Counted from the first letter of the stretch, positions 39,833 to 57,176 are shown. The stretch: 64,000 nucleotides of DNA from Eledone cirrhosa (GCA_964016885.1 OZ024743.1:79608001-79672000), one strand, 5' to 3'. Translations and numbers: made by a program. The notes: generated by a model not told the origin, from the sequence alone.

Positions 39833-39875
39833 GTCAAAGTTCTTTCGTCACACATTCTGTGACCTCTTCAGTGAC
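39833..39875 (-). ncRNA. Minimal hammerhead in the inverted pLTR
   Basis: GTCA-CTGAAGA-G-GTCAC agaatgt GTGAC-GAAA-GAAC-TT-TGAC, with stems I and II pairing perfectly. Confidence 0.7.
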
Positions 39876-40095
39876 TGGGGATTCTTTTCTTTGTTTTTGT
39901 GCCTCTCCTTTGTTCTGTCCTACGCCATCTTGTTTTTGTGTGTGTGTTGTGTGCTTAGTTTGCGCATGTGTTACATCCGGGTGTCCGTGTGTGTTTATAT
40001 TCGTTTATTTATTTGTTTATTTGCATGTTAATGGTTGGTTGTTTGTTCTATGCGCGTGTGTTTTCATTTTGTCCTTAATTGTAAGTTGTGATGTT

Positions 40096-41595
40096 ACATA
40101 TGACCTTAGCAACCTGTGCCCTACAAGACCAGCAAGAGGCAGACCACCTTCCATTACCTCAATGGCCAAGAAAACCCACACAGATAGATGGAACGGGTGG
40201 ACCAGAGCCATACGGACCCCCGAAAACCAGGATGAACTAAAGAAAATGATTGCACATGTGGTGGGGGCCAGCATAAAATTAACCCTTAAGGAACATATGT
40301 TCAAATTTAATGGAAAAATATATGCCCAAGAGGAGGGAGAAGCCATTGGTGTTAGCATTGCAGGCGATATAGCTAACCTATTTATGGTATGGTGGGACAG
40401 TAGACTTAAACTTAAACTTAAAGAACAATTAGAAGACGCCTCAACCCTGATAATGTACTCCCGCTACGTTGATGATATAAACATCGTAGTAAAAACACCC
40501 CCACTAGAGAACAGTCAGGAATTAGAGAAAAACACAATGGAAAGCATCCAGCAAATAGCTAACTCCATCCACCAGAGTATTAGAGTTACTATAGACTACC
40601 CAAGCAAACGCCCCAACCATCGATTACCTGTACTAGACACAGAGCTCTGGTTAGATACTATTAATAACAAAAAACAAATCCTCCATTCCCATTATGCCAA
40701 ACCCATGACTTCCAAATATCTGATCCACCGAAACTCAGCTGTTTCGGACCATACCAAAATCAACATACTGATTGCGGATTTGGTACGAGTGATGAGAAAC
40801 GTGTCCCGCATGTGCAACCCCGAAGAGCTAGAGAGACACATACAACACTTCATCCACTGTATGCAGTTCTCTAGTTACAATCAGAGAGATAAAATCAGAG
40901 TATATAGAGGAGCCAGAACCAAATGGGAAAAAATGGTAAATAATGACACAAATGGGACCTGCCCCTTGTATAGGAGCAAATTTTGGAATAGAATAGAAAG
41001 AACTAGGAATAAGGCTAATAGAATAAACTCATGGTATGATAGCAATAAATACCAGAGTGTAATGTTCATCGATACAACCCCTAGAGGTGAATTAGCTTAC
41101 AAATTTAGAAGGGACCTAGATAAACATAAACTCAATATTAAGATAGTAGAAAGACCAGGTACCTCCATAAAAACACTTATTAGCAATACATACCCTTTTC
41201 AAAGACCTCCATGTATAGATAAGAAATGTATAATCTGTAAATTAAGCCCCCATATTAACTGTAAAACTAGAAATGTAGTATATAGCATAAGATGTACTAA
41301 AGGACAATGTAGAGATAAAAATATAGTGTACATAGGTGAGGCAGCTCGTAGTATAGGGGAACGGATAAATGAACACTGGCGAGACCTTCAAGATAGTAAA
41401 GAATCATCTGTACTCTACCAACATGCTAAAATAGTACATAAGGGTAAATTAGAGAACATAGAAATAAAAATAGAATCTACACACAGAAAAGACGCAATGT
41501 TTAGACAAATCACAGAGGCAATAAACATAAATGAACTCCAACCAAAATTAAATAGAAAACATGAATGGAACAGCAACATCACAACTTACAATTAA
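40096..41595 (+). CDS. Penelope-like RT (C-terminal part) + Cys linker + GIY-YIG endonuclease, 5'-truncated
   Basis: AIGVSIAGDIANLFM, YSRYVDDI, LPVLD, CxxxxCxxC...C, VVYSIRC...YIGEAARS...R..EH...EA..I...PKLN. The first ~90 aa of ORF 39820 come from the inverted pLTR. Confidence 0.9.
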   Translation, partial: TYDLSNLCPTRPARGRPPSITSMAKKTHTDRWNGWTRAIRTPENQDELKKMIAHVVGASIKLTLKEHMFKFNGKIYAQEEGEAIGVSIAGDIANLFMVWWDSRLKLKLKEQLEDASTLIMYSRYVDDINIVVKTPPLENSQELEKNTMESIQQIANSIHQSIRVTIDYPSKRPNHRLPVLDTELWLDTINNKKQILHSHYAKPMTSKYLIHRNSAVSDHTKINILIADLVRVMRNVSRMCNPEELERHIQHFIHCMQFSSYNQRDKIRVYRGARTKWEKMVNNDTNGTCPLYRSKFWNRIERTRNKANRINSWYDSNKYQSVMFIDTTPRGELAYKFRRDLDKHKLNIKIVERPGTSIKTLISNTYPFQRPPCIDKKCIICKLSPHINCKTRNVVYSIRCTKGQCRDKNIVYIGEAARSIGERINEHWRDLQDSKESSVLYQHAKIVHKGKLENIEIKIESTHRKDAMFRQITEAININELQPKLNRKHEWNSNITTYN

Positions 41596-41796
41596 GGACA
41601 AAATGAAAACACACACGCACATAGAACAAATAACCAATCAGTAACATGCAAATAAACAAATAAATAAACGAATATAAACACACACGGACACCCGGATGTA
41701 ACACATGCGCAAACTAAGCACACAACACACACACAAAAACAAGATGGCGTAGGACAGAACAAAGGAGAAGCACAAAAACAAAGAAAAGAATCCCCA

Positions 41797-41839
41797 GTCA
41801 CTGAAGATGTCACAGAATGTGTGACGAAAGAAATTTGAC
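41797..41839 (+). ncRNA. Minimal hammerhead in the 3' pLTR
   Basis: GTCA-CTGAAGA-T-GTCAC...GTGAC-GAAA-GAAA-TT-TGAC, stem III weakened by one change. Confidence 0.6.
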
Positions 41840-42094
41840 AATATATAAACAATCATCTGGTTGTGGAACCAACCAACCAACCGGAAATTTATAAATTCCT
41901 AAATTTATAAATTTATTATAATAAATTAAAGTGAAAGCAACTGGTGCGTGTGTTTCTTATTGGTAACATGACCCTCCCAAAGTATAACAATATCGGTTTC
42001 AACACACGTTTTCAGATAAAGAATCTTGCTAAACAAATTCAGAAACGATATATGAATTTCTATATATATATATATATATTAATATATATATATA

Positions 42095-42178
<84 letters not shown>

Positions 42179-42231
42179 TATATATATATATATGAATATA
42201 TATATATATATATAAATATATATATATAAAT

Positions 42232-42340
<109 letters not shown>

Positions 42341-42695
42341 TATATATATGTATTTAAATTCTGTTGCTTAAACCATTTTGTTTGTTTACCCTCGCGTCCT
42401 CTTTATTTACGTGTCCCAACGACTTTTTTTAGCCGTTGCTCGCACCAACCGGAGGTTATGGTCTTTAAAGCGATGAAATGCCTATCTATGATGGTTGGAA
42501 GATCACTGATGAAGGACAAACTTTTTTATATGTAACCCATTTGCAACGGCGCAGCTCCATTATTATCATATAAATATATATAGATATATATAAATATATA
42601 TATATATATATATGAATATATAAATATATATATATATATATGAATATTATGAATATATATATATGAATATATATATATATATAAATAGACATATT

Positions 42696-45526
<2,831 letters not shown>

Positions 45527-45556
45527 ATATTGATACATATATATATAAACACATTG

Positions 45557-45616
<60 letters not shown>

Positions 45617-45642
45617 CAATGTATATATATATATATGTATCA

Positions 45643-45708
<66 letters not shown>

Positions 45709-45949
45709 AACATACATATATATTGACTTGGAAAACTAATTAGAACACTGGATTAACCCCTTTACTTCCCCTGACGAAGAAATACTATCTCGAAAATTAA
45801 GGATATTCAAAATAAATTTAAGGTAAAAGACTAATTGTCAGCAATATCTTTTGCATTTGTATTTATATTCTATATCCATACCTGCATTGTTCTGGCCTTA
45901 TAACTTCAAACGTTTATAGCTCACTACGCAATGCGTCAACTAAACTGCA

Positions 45950-46017
<68 letters not shown>

Positions 46018-46424
46018 TGGCTGCCAACTCGTTTTCGAGTACGGCCACTACTTTATATCCATGTAGGAGAACCCCTACCGTTGCGCTGAACGAGTGTGAC
46101 TTTTAGTCCAGCCAGCGACTTGAAGACTCAGGTACAAACACTACACTTGTGACAATTATTGACACATAGTGCTGGGCCCATGGTACCATGTGACGACAAG
46201 TGCAGAGAGATCTCCAGATATAAAGCAATGCCTGTGCCGTAAAGCTTTTATAGTGAGCAAAGGCTCTGCACAAAGCCAGTCCCACTCTCTTAACCAAGAT
46301 GATATTTACCAAAAAGAAGAACAAGTCAACATCATTGGATACCATCAGGGTTGCAGGTGTTATATCAGAGATTTCCTTCTCCTAGAATTCTGCATTGACA
46401 AAGGCTAAGGGGTCATCTCCTCTC

Positions 46425-46510
<86 letters not shown>

Positions 46511-47026
46511 GCGGCGTGCCACAGCTTGAGATCGGTGTGGAAGTCGGACCTTCGTAGAGACCTGAAAATCCGCCTCTTCATTGCTGTAGTGGAGTCTGTG
46601 CTGCTGTATGCGTCTGAGACTTGGACACTGACCAAGAAACTCACTCAGATGGTGGATGGGTGCTACACGAGAATGCTGAGGATGGCTCTGAACATTAATC
46701 AGTATACACTGAGGATGAAAAACTCAGAGCTGTATGGGAGCATCCCAAAAGTCAGCTCAAAAGTGACACAGAGGAGACTGAGGTTGGCTGGACATGCTCA
46801 CCGACATCCAGAGTTGCCATTGCACTCAGTGCTCCTTTGGGAGCCCCTACATGGACACACTAGAAGAGGAAGACCAAGGTTAACATATGTTGATGCCCTA
46901 AGGACAGACACTGGTCTGTTGGAGATGCAGGATATGGCAGCGATAATGAGGGACAAAGACCGCTGGAGAGAACTCGTCCATGGATCTCGGGAATTTTACC
47001 CGCCTTAGATAGATAGATAGATAGAT
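46511..47026 (+). mobile_element. RTE-group LINE 3' fragment
   Basis: KIRLFIAVVESVLLYASETWTL...RRLRLAGH...RGRP...W, followed by an (AGAT)n tail, inserted in (TA)n. Confidence 0.88.
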
Positions 47027-47399
47027 ATGTATATATATGTATATATATTGTATATTTATATATATGTATATATATGTATATTTATATATATGTATATATG
47101 TATATATATGTATTTATGTATATATATATGTATGTATATGTATGTATTTATATATATGCTACAAAGCATGGCGTCCAACCCTCTACCGATACTGCAAATC
47201 CACCGCCCTTAAAAGAAGAGCCATCAACGATGACCAAAGGGTAGTTAAGACAAATAACTACGAAACATGAACAAACACTTTCTGCCGTCCAAAGGGGCCG
47301 ACTGATAATTGTGAGGAACGAAAATAAAGACAAGTAAAGAAATTCTGAAAAACGTAAATCTAAATTAAAAAACAGATCTCGAGAATACCAAGTTAAAAC

Positions 47400-47915
47400 G
47401 ATGGCATAACTCTTACAGAGTCAATACCCGAACAAGAGCGAAAGTATACAAACCACAAAACTGGTTCTGATGCACTGAACTAAAAGCTAAGGCTGAAAGA
47501 TTCCTAATTCCAACAGATGAATGTCTCCATAAAGCACCAGAAGAACATAATGAAACAGAACAGAGTAGCTGCAGAATATGTGTTGAGGGATTAGAATCAA
47601 GGAACCACATTATCTCTGGCTAGTCTTAACTAAAATAGAATATATTCCAGGTACAATTGTGATTTACATACACTGGAAGTTATGCCAATACTACGAAATA
47701 CCAACAGAAAAAAATGGTACAGACTCACACCAGAAAGGGTGTGAGAGAATGGCAAAGCAACCATACTCTAGGATATGACAACACACATAGGCAGGAATAT
47801 AAAAACCAATCCACCGGCTATTATATTCAAAGACCACATATTAAAAAAAAGTGCTTTTGATCAATGTAAGAATCCCCTTAGATGAAATCATATATACGAA
47901 GGAAATAGAGAAATA
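47400..47915 (+). pseudogene. R4/Dong-like non-LTR element C-terminal relic (zinc knuckle and start of REL)
   Basis: CRICVEGLESRNHIISG...YIHWKLCQYY...WY..TPERV.ENGKATIL.D, broken by stops and frameshifts. Confidence 0.7.
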
Positions 47916-48736
47916 GGTATTTTATCGACCTCGAATGGAAGAAAGGCAAGGTTGATTACGGCGGGATTTGAACTCTATGCTGCAAAGCATGGTGCTCGAC
48001 CCACCACAGATACTGCCAATCCCCCGCCCTAGTTTCATATAATAATAATAATAATGGTTTCTGATTTAGGCACAAGAGCAACAATTTGGGGGGATGGGAA
48101 AGTCGATTAAATCGACCCCAGTGAATTACTGTTGCTTTATTTATCTGAGGTCGATTTAATCGACTTTCCCCTTCCAAAATGTGGTTTTGACAATGACATC
48201 TTATAGTTTCTATAGAAATTCCACCGAGGTCAACTTTGCCTTCCATCCTACCCAGGTCGACAAAATAATGTACCAGTCAACTACTGGGGTCAATTGCTGA
48301 CGTTGTGCTTAAATTAAAACTCAGTAAAGACAATATGTTTTGTGTGTAGAAATAAAATGAAAGTTGTGTAATATGTTGAAATATGTCACCTTTAACATAA
48401 AGCTGATCTCTAAAGATGGAGTCATTTTAAGAAGAAAATGTAATTAATGAAGGTTAATGAAATTTGCAAGATTTTATAGCTTTACGACATCTGTACACAA
48501 TATATCACATGCCAACTAGCTGGACTGTATGTGGTCACTAGGTCTGGTAGAAATAACAGCCACGTCTTCATCATAAAGAGTATGACCGTCTTAAATTAGA
48601 CAACATTGGATGAAGTAGCTGATAAGAAGAGAATAAAGACCGGATTATCTCGGGTAGAACGACTTTCATCATAAATCTTCTCAATTAAACATGAATTAGG
48701 GCAATACAGTGACAAGCCCAAATACATACATAAATG

Positions 48737-48821
<85 letters not shown>

Positions 48822-48842
48822 AACCACAACATCTCAATTCTA

Positions 48843-48878
48843 CTTTTGAAAAGCAGAAGAACTGCGAAACCGGTAAAG
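48843..48878 (+). ncRNA. Hammerhead-like motif with U3/A8 core variant
   Basis: CTT-TTGAAAA-GCAG aagaa CTGC-GAAA-CCGG-TA-AAG. Confidence 0.45.
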
Positions 48879-48969
48879 GAACCAAATAAATATATATTTT
48901 ATAAAAAAAAGACTCCAGTTGCATTTTCGATTTCATCTTTTTTCCCTATATATATATATATAGAGAGAG

Positions 48970-49080
48970 AGAAGTAGTAACACAACAGTTAGTTTACCAT
49001 ACCGAGAACAATTGTTTCACCTTAAGTCTGGTGAAACAATTGTTCTTGTATGGTGAACTAACTGTTGTGTTACTACTTCT
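48970..49080. repeat. Fold-back, ~50-bp arms
   Basis: AGAAGTAGTAACACAACAG...TGTTTCACC / GGTGAAACA...CTGTTGTGTTACTACTTCT. Confidence 0.85.
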
Positions 49081-49172
49081 ACCAACTCGTCCCATGGACT
49101 GAGTGCTCTACCACTACGGATATTACATTCCAGTGTTCTACCCCTTATATATATATATATGGTTCTATCCTG

Positions 49173-49292
<120 letters not shown>

Positions 49293-49774
49293 TTAAAACA
49301 ATGAAATAAAAAATCAAGTCATTAGAGATATACTTCACTGCTTTACGATCGTTTCTAGATGATGATAATACATTGTAGCTATACTCCGTTATTGATCTAT
49401 GTAAGGTTAGTTACAAAATATCAGATGAAGAGAATATTTACTTACATGTATATATCACCAGCTGTTTTCAAAAGCAATAATAATTTTATTCAATAATAAT
49501 TTTATTCAGAATTAGTAGTATGTTAGTATCATGTCCTTATTTGGAGATCTTTGAAGAACTAACGAATCAAATTGTTTTTTTCATATGGTGTTAAGATGAA
49601 AACTAATACACTTTAGTTGAGGTCATGACCCTTTGAAAGGAATGGTTGAATGGCGTTAATAGTAGAATTGGCATAAAAATCTATTAGGTGGAAAGGGGTT
49701 GTTAAACTGATAGTTGATGTATCTGGTACAGTGAAGTTAAAAAATGGTGATTAGTGTTGTATTGAGTTTTTAGG

Positions 49775-49823
<49 letters not shown>

Positions 49824-49828
<5 letters not shown>

Positions 49829-50098
49829 ATATTAATAAATGGAAACTATATTTATAAAACCATATTTATTTTATTATACATATTTCAAGGGCAACCAAGG
49901 CAAATTATGGTGCGCTTTCATCAGATAAAATACACATTTGTTTTATAAATAAATATTGACATACCCGGAAAAAAGACAACCTTAATGTGTATTTTATCTG
50001 ATGAAAGCGCACCATAATTTGCCTTGGTTGCCCTTTAAATATGTATAATAAAATAAATATGGTTTTATAAATATAGATTCCATTTATTAATATATTGT
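49824..50098. repeat. Fold-back, ~115-bp arms, each containing a hammerhead
   Basis: ACAATATATTAATAAATGG...CACATT / AATGTG...CCATTTATTAATATATTGT. Confidence 0.9.
49867..49932 (-). ncRNA. Type I hammerhead ribozyme
   Basis: TATTTTAT-CTGATGA-AAGCGCACCA...TGGTTGCCCTT-GAAA-TATGTA-TA-ATAAAATA, with an 8-bp perfect stem I. Confidence 0.7.
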
Positions 50099-50376
50099 GT
50101 ATTTACTCCACTAGCCTATTGAGTACTTTATATCAGTTATAAAAATGTTTAAACATGTTGAATGCCAACAAATTAAATATAACCTCTGCGTACATATATA
50201 TATATATGTACGCATATATATATATATATGTACATATATATATATATATGTACAAATTTTTCCATTATATATATATATATATATATAATGGAAAAATTTG
50301 AACAGGAACAAAACAGAGAGGCAGTACAACGAATGTTTATTAATTTCACGCTCTGGAGAGTGGGGTGTTGGTAGGG

Positions 50377-50410
50377 AACGAGGTTTCGGGCATAAGCCCT
50401 TCCTCAGGTG
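50377..50410 (-). ncRNA. Hammerhead core, probably of a decayed Penelope 3' end
   Basis: CTGAGGA-A-GGGC ttat GCCC-GAAA-CCTCG-TT. Stem I does not pair. Confidence 0.45.
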
Positions 50411-51137
50411 AGAACTGTGTGGGAACAGAGTTCAAAGGGTGTGTAGGGGAGTGGTGGAGAGACATATAGCGAAAGGAAACGGTGCGAATGAAATTAAAAA
50501 TAAAAATAAAAATAAAAATAAAAATAAAGCATGATCAAAATACAAGGAATGAAATAAATTTAAATATAAAAGCATGATCAAAATAAACTGAAATTAAAAG
50601 GGGGTAAAACAGGTGGTGGAAGGGTGTGGGGTGTGTAGGGGTGGTGGCGGGTTGAGTGGGGAGAAGGAGACGGGGTGTCCGAGCGGGGAGGGCTGAAGGT
50701 GTTGTGTGTGTGTGGGTGTACGTGTGTGTGTGTGTGTGTATGTGAAAGTAAGGGTTGGGGGAAGAACGGAGTTGCATGTTCAGGAAGAGGCGTGTGTGTG
50801 TGTGTGGGGGGGGGGGGGGTTGTAGGTCGGAGTGTATGTGCGTGTGTGGATAGAGGGGTGGGGGGAGAGGAATCAGGAGGCTGGGGTGTAAATATGTGGT
50901 GGAAAGCACGTGTGTGTGGGGTTTAAGCGTGTTGTGGGTGTAGGTGGCGTGTGGAGAAAAACATTTTTTGGGGTGTGTGTGTGGGTGAGTTATATAGGTG
51001 ATTACGTAAGAGGATGGTTGAAAAGTTGGTAAAATCCGATGATGTTTAGTGGATTCTGTGCTGGTCAAGTTCTCCGTACGAGTATTCCATGAAGCGATTT
51101 ATATTTGTATATATATATATTTGTATATATATATATT

Positions 51138-51227
<90 letters not shown>

Positions 51228-51231
<4 letters not shown>

Positions 51232-51990
51232 CAAATATAAATTAGCGAGAATCGTATTTCGGCTTTTGAATTAGCGAAAAACAACTTCCAAGATGTGTGG
51301 CAAGAGCTCAATAATTCTGACGAACCAGAGCTACAACATACGTTAAAGGCCAAACACACTGAGACGATGGTTAAACCGTCATCCGCACAACCATAGAAAC
51401 GACCAAGTAATTCGGGTCAAACAAATAAAAAAATATGTGATTGAAAAATTACCCGGACCCCTGGATGGTTGGTAAAATCCAGCATTTGGGTTTCTGCGAC
51501 TCCTAAATCAAGTACTGTCCCCTTAGACAAATAATGTTAGGCTTCTGGTAAGATGATTGAACAAGGAAGTCACTTTCTCAACAGGTTTTAGTTCAAGTGT
51601 CAGGCAAAGGAATGACCGTTACCGATACCCACGTGGGGCTCGACAAGGGTGGCAAGCTTTATTTTTGGTGGATGAAATTCTGTATGTGTATATTATTGCA
51701 AAAATGCAAAATATCACAAAACGAATTAAGCTCTCAACAGAATAGTTATAAGTTAACAAAAGCTATTCATCAGTCAATAGAATCAACTAAAAAAATCAAG
51801 AAAATTAACTGGTCAATATCTAGACTCTGGAGATTAATACAAATATAAATTAGCGAGAATCGTATTTCGGCTTTGGAATTAGCGAAAAACAACTTCCAAG
51901 ATGTGTGGCAAGCGCTCAATAATTCTGACGAACCAGAGCTACAACATACGTTAAAGGCCAAACACACTGAGACGATGGTTAAACCGTCAT
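51228..51990. mobile_element. Element with ~155-bp direct terminal repeats between (TA)n tracts
   Basis: ATACAAATATAAATTAGCGAG...AAACCGTCAT at 51228-51383 and 51837-51990. Confidence 0.6.
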
Positions 51991-51993
51991 TAA

Positions 51994-52073
<80 letters not shown>

Positions 52074-54915
52074 ATGTGTGTGTGTGAGTCCGTGCTTCTG
52101 TGTGTGTGTGTCTGTGTGTGTGTCTGTGTGTGTGTGTGTCTGTGTGTGTATGTATGTGTATGTGTGTGTGTATGTGTGTGTAAGTGTGTATGTGTGTGTG
52201 TGTGTATGTGTGTGTATGTGTGTGTGTGTGTGTGTATGTGTGTGTATGTGTGTGTATGTGTGTGTGTATGTGTGTATGTGTGTGTGTATGTATATGTGTA
52301 TGTGTATGTGTATGTGTGTATGTGTATGTGTATGTGTGTATGTGTGTATGTGTGGGTATGTGTATGTGTATGTATGTATGTGTGCATGTGTGTGTGTATG
52401 TGTGTGTGTCTGTGTGTGTGTATGTGTGTGTATGTCTATGTGTGTGTATGTGTGTCAATGTGTGTCTGTATGTGTGTGTGTGTGTATGTGTGTGTGTATG
52501 TGTGTGTGTGTATGTGTGCGTGTATGTGTATGTGTGTATGTATGTGTGCGTATGTGGTGGGTTTGGAACTCCATGATTCCGAAATGTGTTCCAGTTGTTC
52601 CTACAACAGAACAGTGTTCCTGCAAAATTAACGTGGACTGAACTTCCACTGACATGTGAACCGGTAACGTAATTCTCAGGAAGACTCAGTAAGTGGCAAG
52701 GCTGGCCCCTTGAATTGCAGGTGCTACTCCTTGTTGCCAGATGATTCAATAGGTGCAACGTGCATGTGTCTGGCTCAATGACACATTGTGCCGCCGGGAA
52801 TATAATTCACCAACTTACAATTGTTAGTCAAACACTCTAACCACTAAACCACACGCCAACACGCACACTAACACAGGCACACACACACACATAATCCCCC
52901 CCCCCCCACACACTCATAATCCCCCCCACTCTCTCTCTCACGCACACACAAATAATCCCCCCCTCCATATACTCTCTCTCTCTCTGTCTCACACACACAG
53001 ACACACACACACTCACACAATCATCCACACACATACTGTCTCTCTCTCACACACACAGACACACACTCACATATTCACCCCCACCCCCATATATATGTCT
53101 GTGTGTGTCTATATATCTAACTAAATGTATGTAATACATATATATGAATATACGCACTAATAGACAGGTACATATACTCATACACACATACATACACTCA
53201 TGTATTAAAAATTATGTGTGCGTATATATATATATATTTATCTATCTGATATATATAAATATACACGTACAGACTGACAGATACATACACACACAGACAC
53301 AAACAAGCATATACATATACATATATATACACACACACACACATACATACACACACACATATATATATATATAGCATCATACTTTTCAAAAGATAGTTTT
53401 CAATAAATATATAAAATATCTGTCGGAGTCGGAAATGTAAAAAGAAAGAAACTATAAAAAAAACACGCCACAAACAACCTAAAAAAACTATTTACAATAC
53501 AATAATACTCACTGCCTTCAGTTAATAAACTATATTTTATTATTATTATCATTTTTTTACCAAATTCCTAATCATAGAAATATATAAATATTAAACATTT
53601 AAAATACATAAACAGTCTTTCATGTTTTACATAACAATTGGACATTATTATGTAAACTGTGTAATGGAAGAGTAGAAAGAGAGTAATAGTGTCTATATTG
53701 CTTTTAAAGGCTTAGTGTGTTGTGTTAGTGTGAGAAATAATGTCGTTTTTTATTCCATAGTTTCAATTGCTGACAAAAATATCAGCCATTTGAAAGAGAT
53801 GTCGAACAAACAATAGTTTGGAGAGGAAGTAGATACAGAAATAGAATTTTACATTTATAGAGACGTTTGAATAAAGCTGGCATAGGCGAATGGTTTTAAC
53901 AATTTATAACACAATCTGGAGATGTTGTGTTCAATGCTGTTTGGATAGCATCGGAGGCAAGTGTCACAAGGCAATTCTCGCTTTGTCTTCTCACATATTC
54001 CTGAGAAGGTCATGAGGGTAGAGTCCTCAAACACCCCTTCCAGCGAGTCCCGACAACCGCCTGCAAATGATCCGGCTGGAGCCCCAAGCGAGACAGGCCA
54101 AGCTCATGGATGTTATCTAACCATCTTGCTCAGGGTCTACCCCTGGGTCTCAAAAGCTTTGTTATAGAAACATAATGTAGACAGAAACTGTTTGGAAGCC
54201 TGCATGGTGGTCTGTTCCTGTTCAAAGGACCAAACTTATTACACAGTGTCTTGATGAATCCCCCTGAGAATTGCGTGAAGATAACACTTGTCTGAGGAAT
54301 AATCAACCTGAAGCTGTAATTTGAAGAGTGGTCCTTGTCACTCTCTCTGTTCTGCGGAATTTTCATGAATTTTCTTGGTTAATGAAGAATCAAATAATAC
54401 GATATTACGACACTTCCTTCTTGTTTAACAAGACAGCGGAATATCACTGACTTGGCAACAGGTAAACAGAGTGCCGTCGTCACAACTACCACCGCTACCA
54501 TCACAATCACCACCGCCACCAACAACAACAACAACAACGCCACTACCATCACTACTACTGTCACCCCCCTGCACCAATTACACCACTACCATCACTGCCA
54601 ACAACAACACTACCTCCACCATCTTGCAATGCCCTAGAGGCGAAAACGACATGTTCCTGGATTTCTCGTTAGGAGAAGTTGGCAGGGAAGCCTTTTGGGG
54701 TACTGAGTTAGGTCAAACTAAAAAAACCTGGAAAATACCTCAGACCTTGTTCACCTTTCTACTGTAGTGGAACTAAGTGTCACAAATGTTGACAATGATT
54801 TGTAAAATTGGCTGAAAACAAACACCTAAACATAACAAATAAAGACATTAAGATTATGTCGTGCAGTTGAAAGTATATTGAAACCAATGTTTTACACTTA
54901 AATAATAGTTTCTGA

Positions 54916-55100
54916 TTTAGGCACAAGGCCTGGGGAAAGTCTATTAAATCGACTCCAGTATATTACTGGTGCTTTATTTATCGACACCGTAAGTATGAAA
55001 GGCAAAGTTAACTTCGGCAGGATATGAACGCAGAACGTAAAGGGCCGTAACTATATGCATCACAGCATATTGTTTGACAGCCAACCGATACTACCAATCC
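54916..55100 (-). mobile_element. Nin/Deu-like SINE
   Basis: Same family as 443-611. Confidence 0.7.
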
Positions 55101-56183
55101 ATCGCCCTTTTACACTTAAATAATAAATATTCACAGTATTGACTAAGTTCATCAGACCATTAATCCCTTGATTCGTAGAGTCGTAGAAGAGTCGTTGTAA
55201 TTAAGATGTGCCTTGAGATGTTAACCCTGGCGGAGAAAGATAGGTAGAGAGCAAAAATAGGAAAATGAGAAAGAGATATAGAGGAAGAATCAACCCCAGC
55301 ACTGGGCGAATATTTTGGTTTACTGAACTCGAAAGGATGAAAGTTGACCAAAGCAGAATTTGAACTCAGAACACACAGGGCCGAAACAAATACCACAAAT
55401 CATTCTATCCGACATTTATTAGTCACGACCCAACTGCCGTGATTGTGAAGGTGGATGGTTCAATAGTTAAGGTCTTTGCGCTTTGGTCGTAATGTCACCA
55501 GTTCGATTCTTAGACTGGGCAGCGTCTTTTGTTTCGGGAAACACACTTTAATTCACCTTTCTCCAGTTCAATCATCAGGTAAAATTGAGATCTATTCTAA
55601 TTCAAAGGACCAGCTATACCCTGCTGAATCTCCCTGAGAAATAAGTTAAGGGTGTATAGTCTGTAATTTCACAAACAGTTTGTTCTGTTATTCGAACAAT
55701 TGAAAGCTTCGCCGTAATAACCGACGAAGATACAAGAAAATTGTTGGAAGTAGTTTAAAAATTCAAACTTCACCTCTGCGTATGGTTGAACAAATATATT
55801 TAAACTTGTGAACTTTGATAAATTAACAAGTCCATATATGGGCAACAACACAACACTAGTGTGTTTAATACATTCTAGTGTAGTTCTTTACATAGTTGCC
55901 ATAGCAATGGAAAGTGAAGAGATTGAATTTAACTTTTGTAGAAATCACGTTGCCAACATTTTGAATGAATAATTTTTTCACTTACAAACATATTGTACAT
56001 ATGTAGATATATAGATACATATGTATGTATACATACATACTTACATGCATATATACATATATACATGTATATAAATATATACATAGATTCATAATATTCA
56101 TATATACATACATATATATGTGCATACATGCATACATATATACATATAAACACACACACACACGTATATAAACACACACACAC

Positions 56184-56267
<84 letters not shown>

Positions 56268-56578
56268 ATATAAATACACACATACACACACACACATATA
56301 TATATATATATACAGACACACATACAATACACACATACATATACACACACGCAACACACATATTTATATAAATACACACACACACAACACACATATATAT
56401 ATATATAAATCCACTCACACACATATAAATATAAATACACACATACACACACACACTATATATATTTATATATATATAAATACACACACACAACACACAC
56501 ATATATATATATATATAAATACACACACACACACAACACGCAAACATATATATATATATATACACACACAATACACAT

Positions 56579-56626
<48 letters not shown>

Positions 56627-56672
56627 GTATATATATATATGTATATATATATATGTATATATATATATGTAT

Positions 56673-56823
<151 letters not shown>

Positions 56824-56827
56824 CATG

Positions 56828-56863
<36 letters not shown>

Positions 56864-56988
56864 CATATATATATCTATATAGACACAGCCGCTAAATCTC
56901 CAGTCTTTTATACACTAAACTAATTGCCGAAAATTTCCAAATGTTATTCCTCTCATCTAACATTATATTATTTCCTTTCCTCTATATA

Positions 56989-57056
<68 letters not shown>

Positions 57057-57107
57057 CATATATATATATATATACATACATATACATATATATATATATA
57101 CATACAT

Positions 57108-57176
<69 letters not shown>

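Larger units (their letters stand above)
39678..41993 (+). mobile_element. Penelope-like element (Neptune-type), 5'-truncated, with inverted pLTRs
   Basis: Inverted ~418-bp arms at 39678-40095 and 41575-41993 enclose an uninterrupted RT-to-GIY-YIG frame. Confidence 0.92.

Noticed and set aside
39820-40095. Hydrophobic N-terminus of the 591-aa ORF as a membrane domain
   Set aside because: It is read from the inverted pLTR fused in frame to the truncated RT.
45765-45810. CTGACGA...GAAA hammerhead-like motif (similar weak ones near 23203, 30860, 32845, 42985)
   Set aside because: Stems or core are too degenerate to call.
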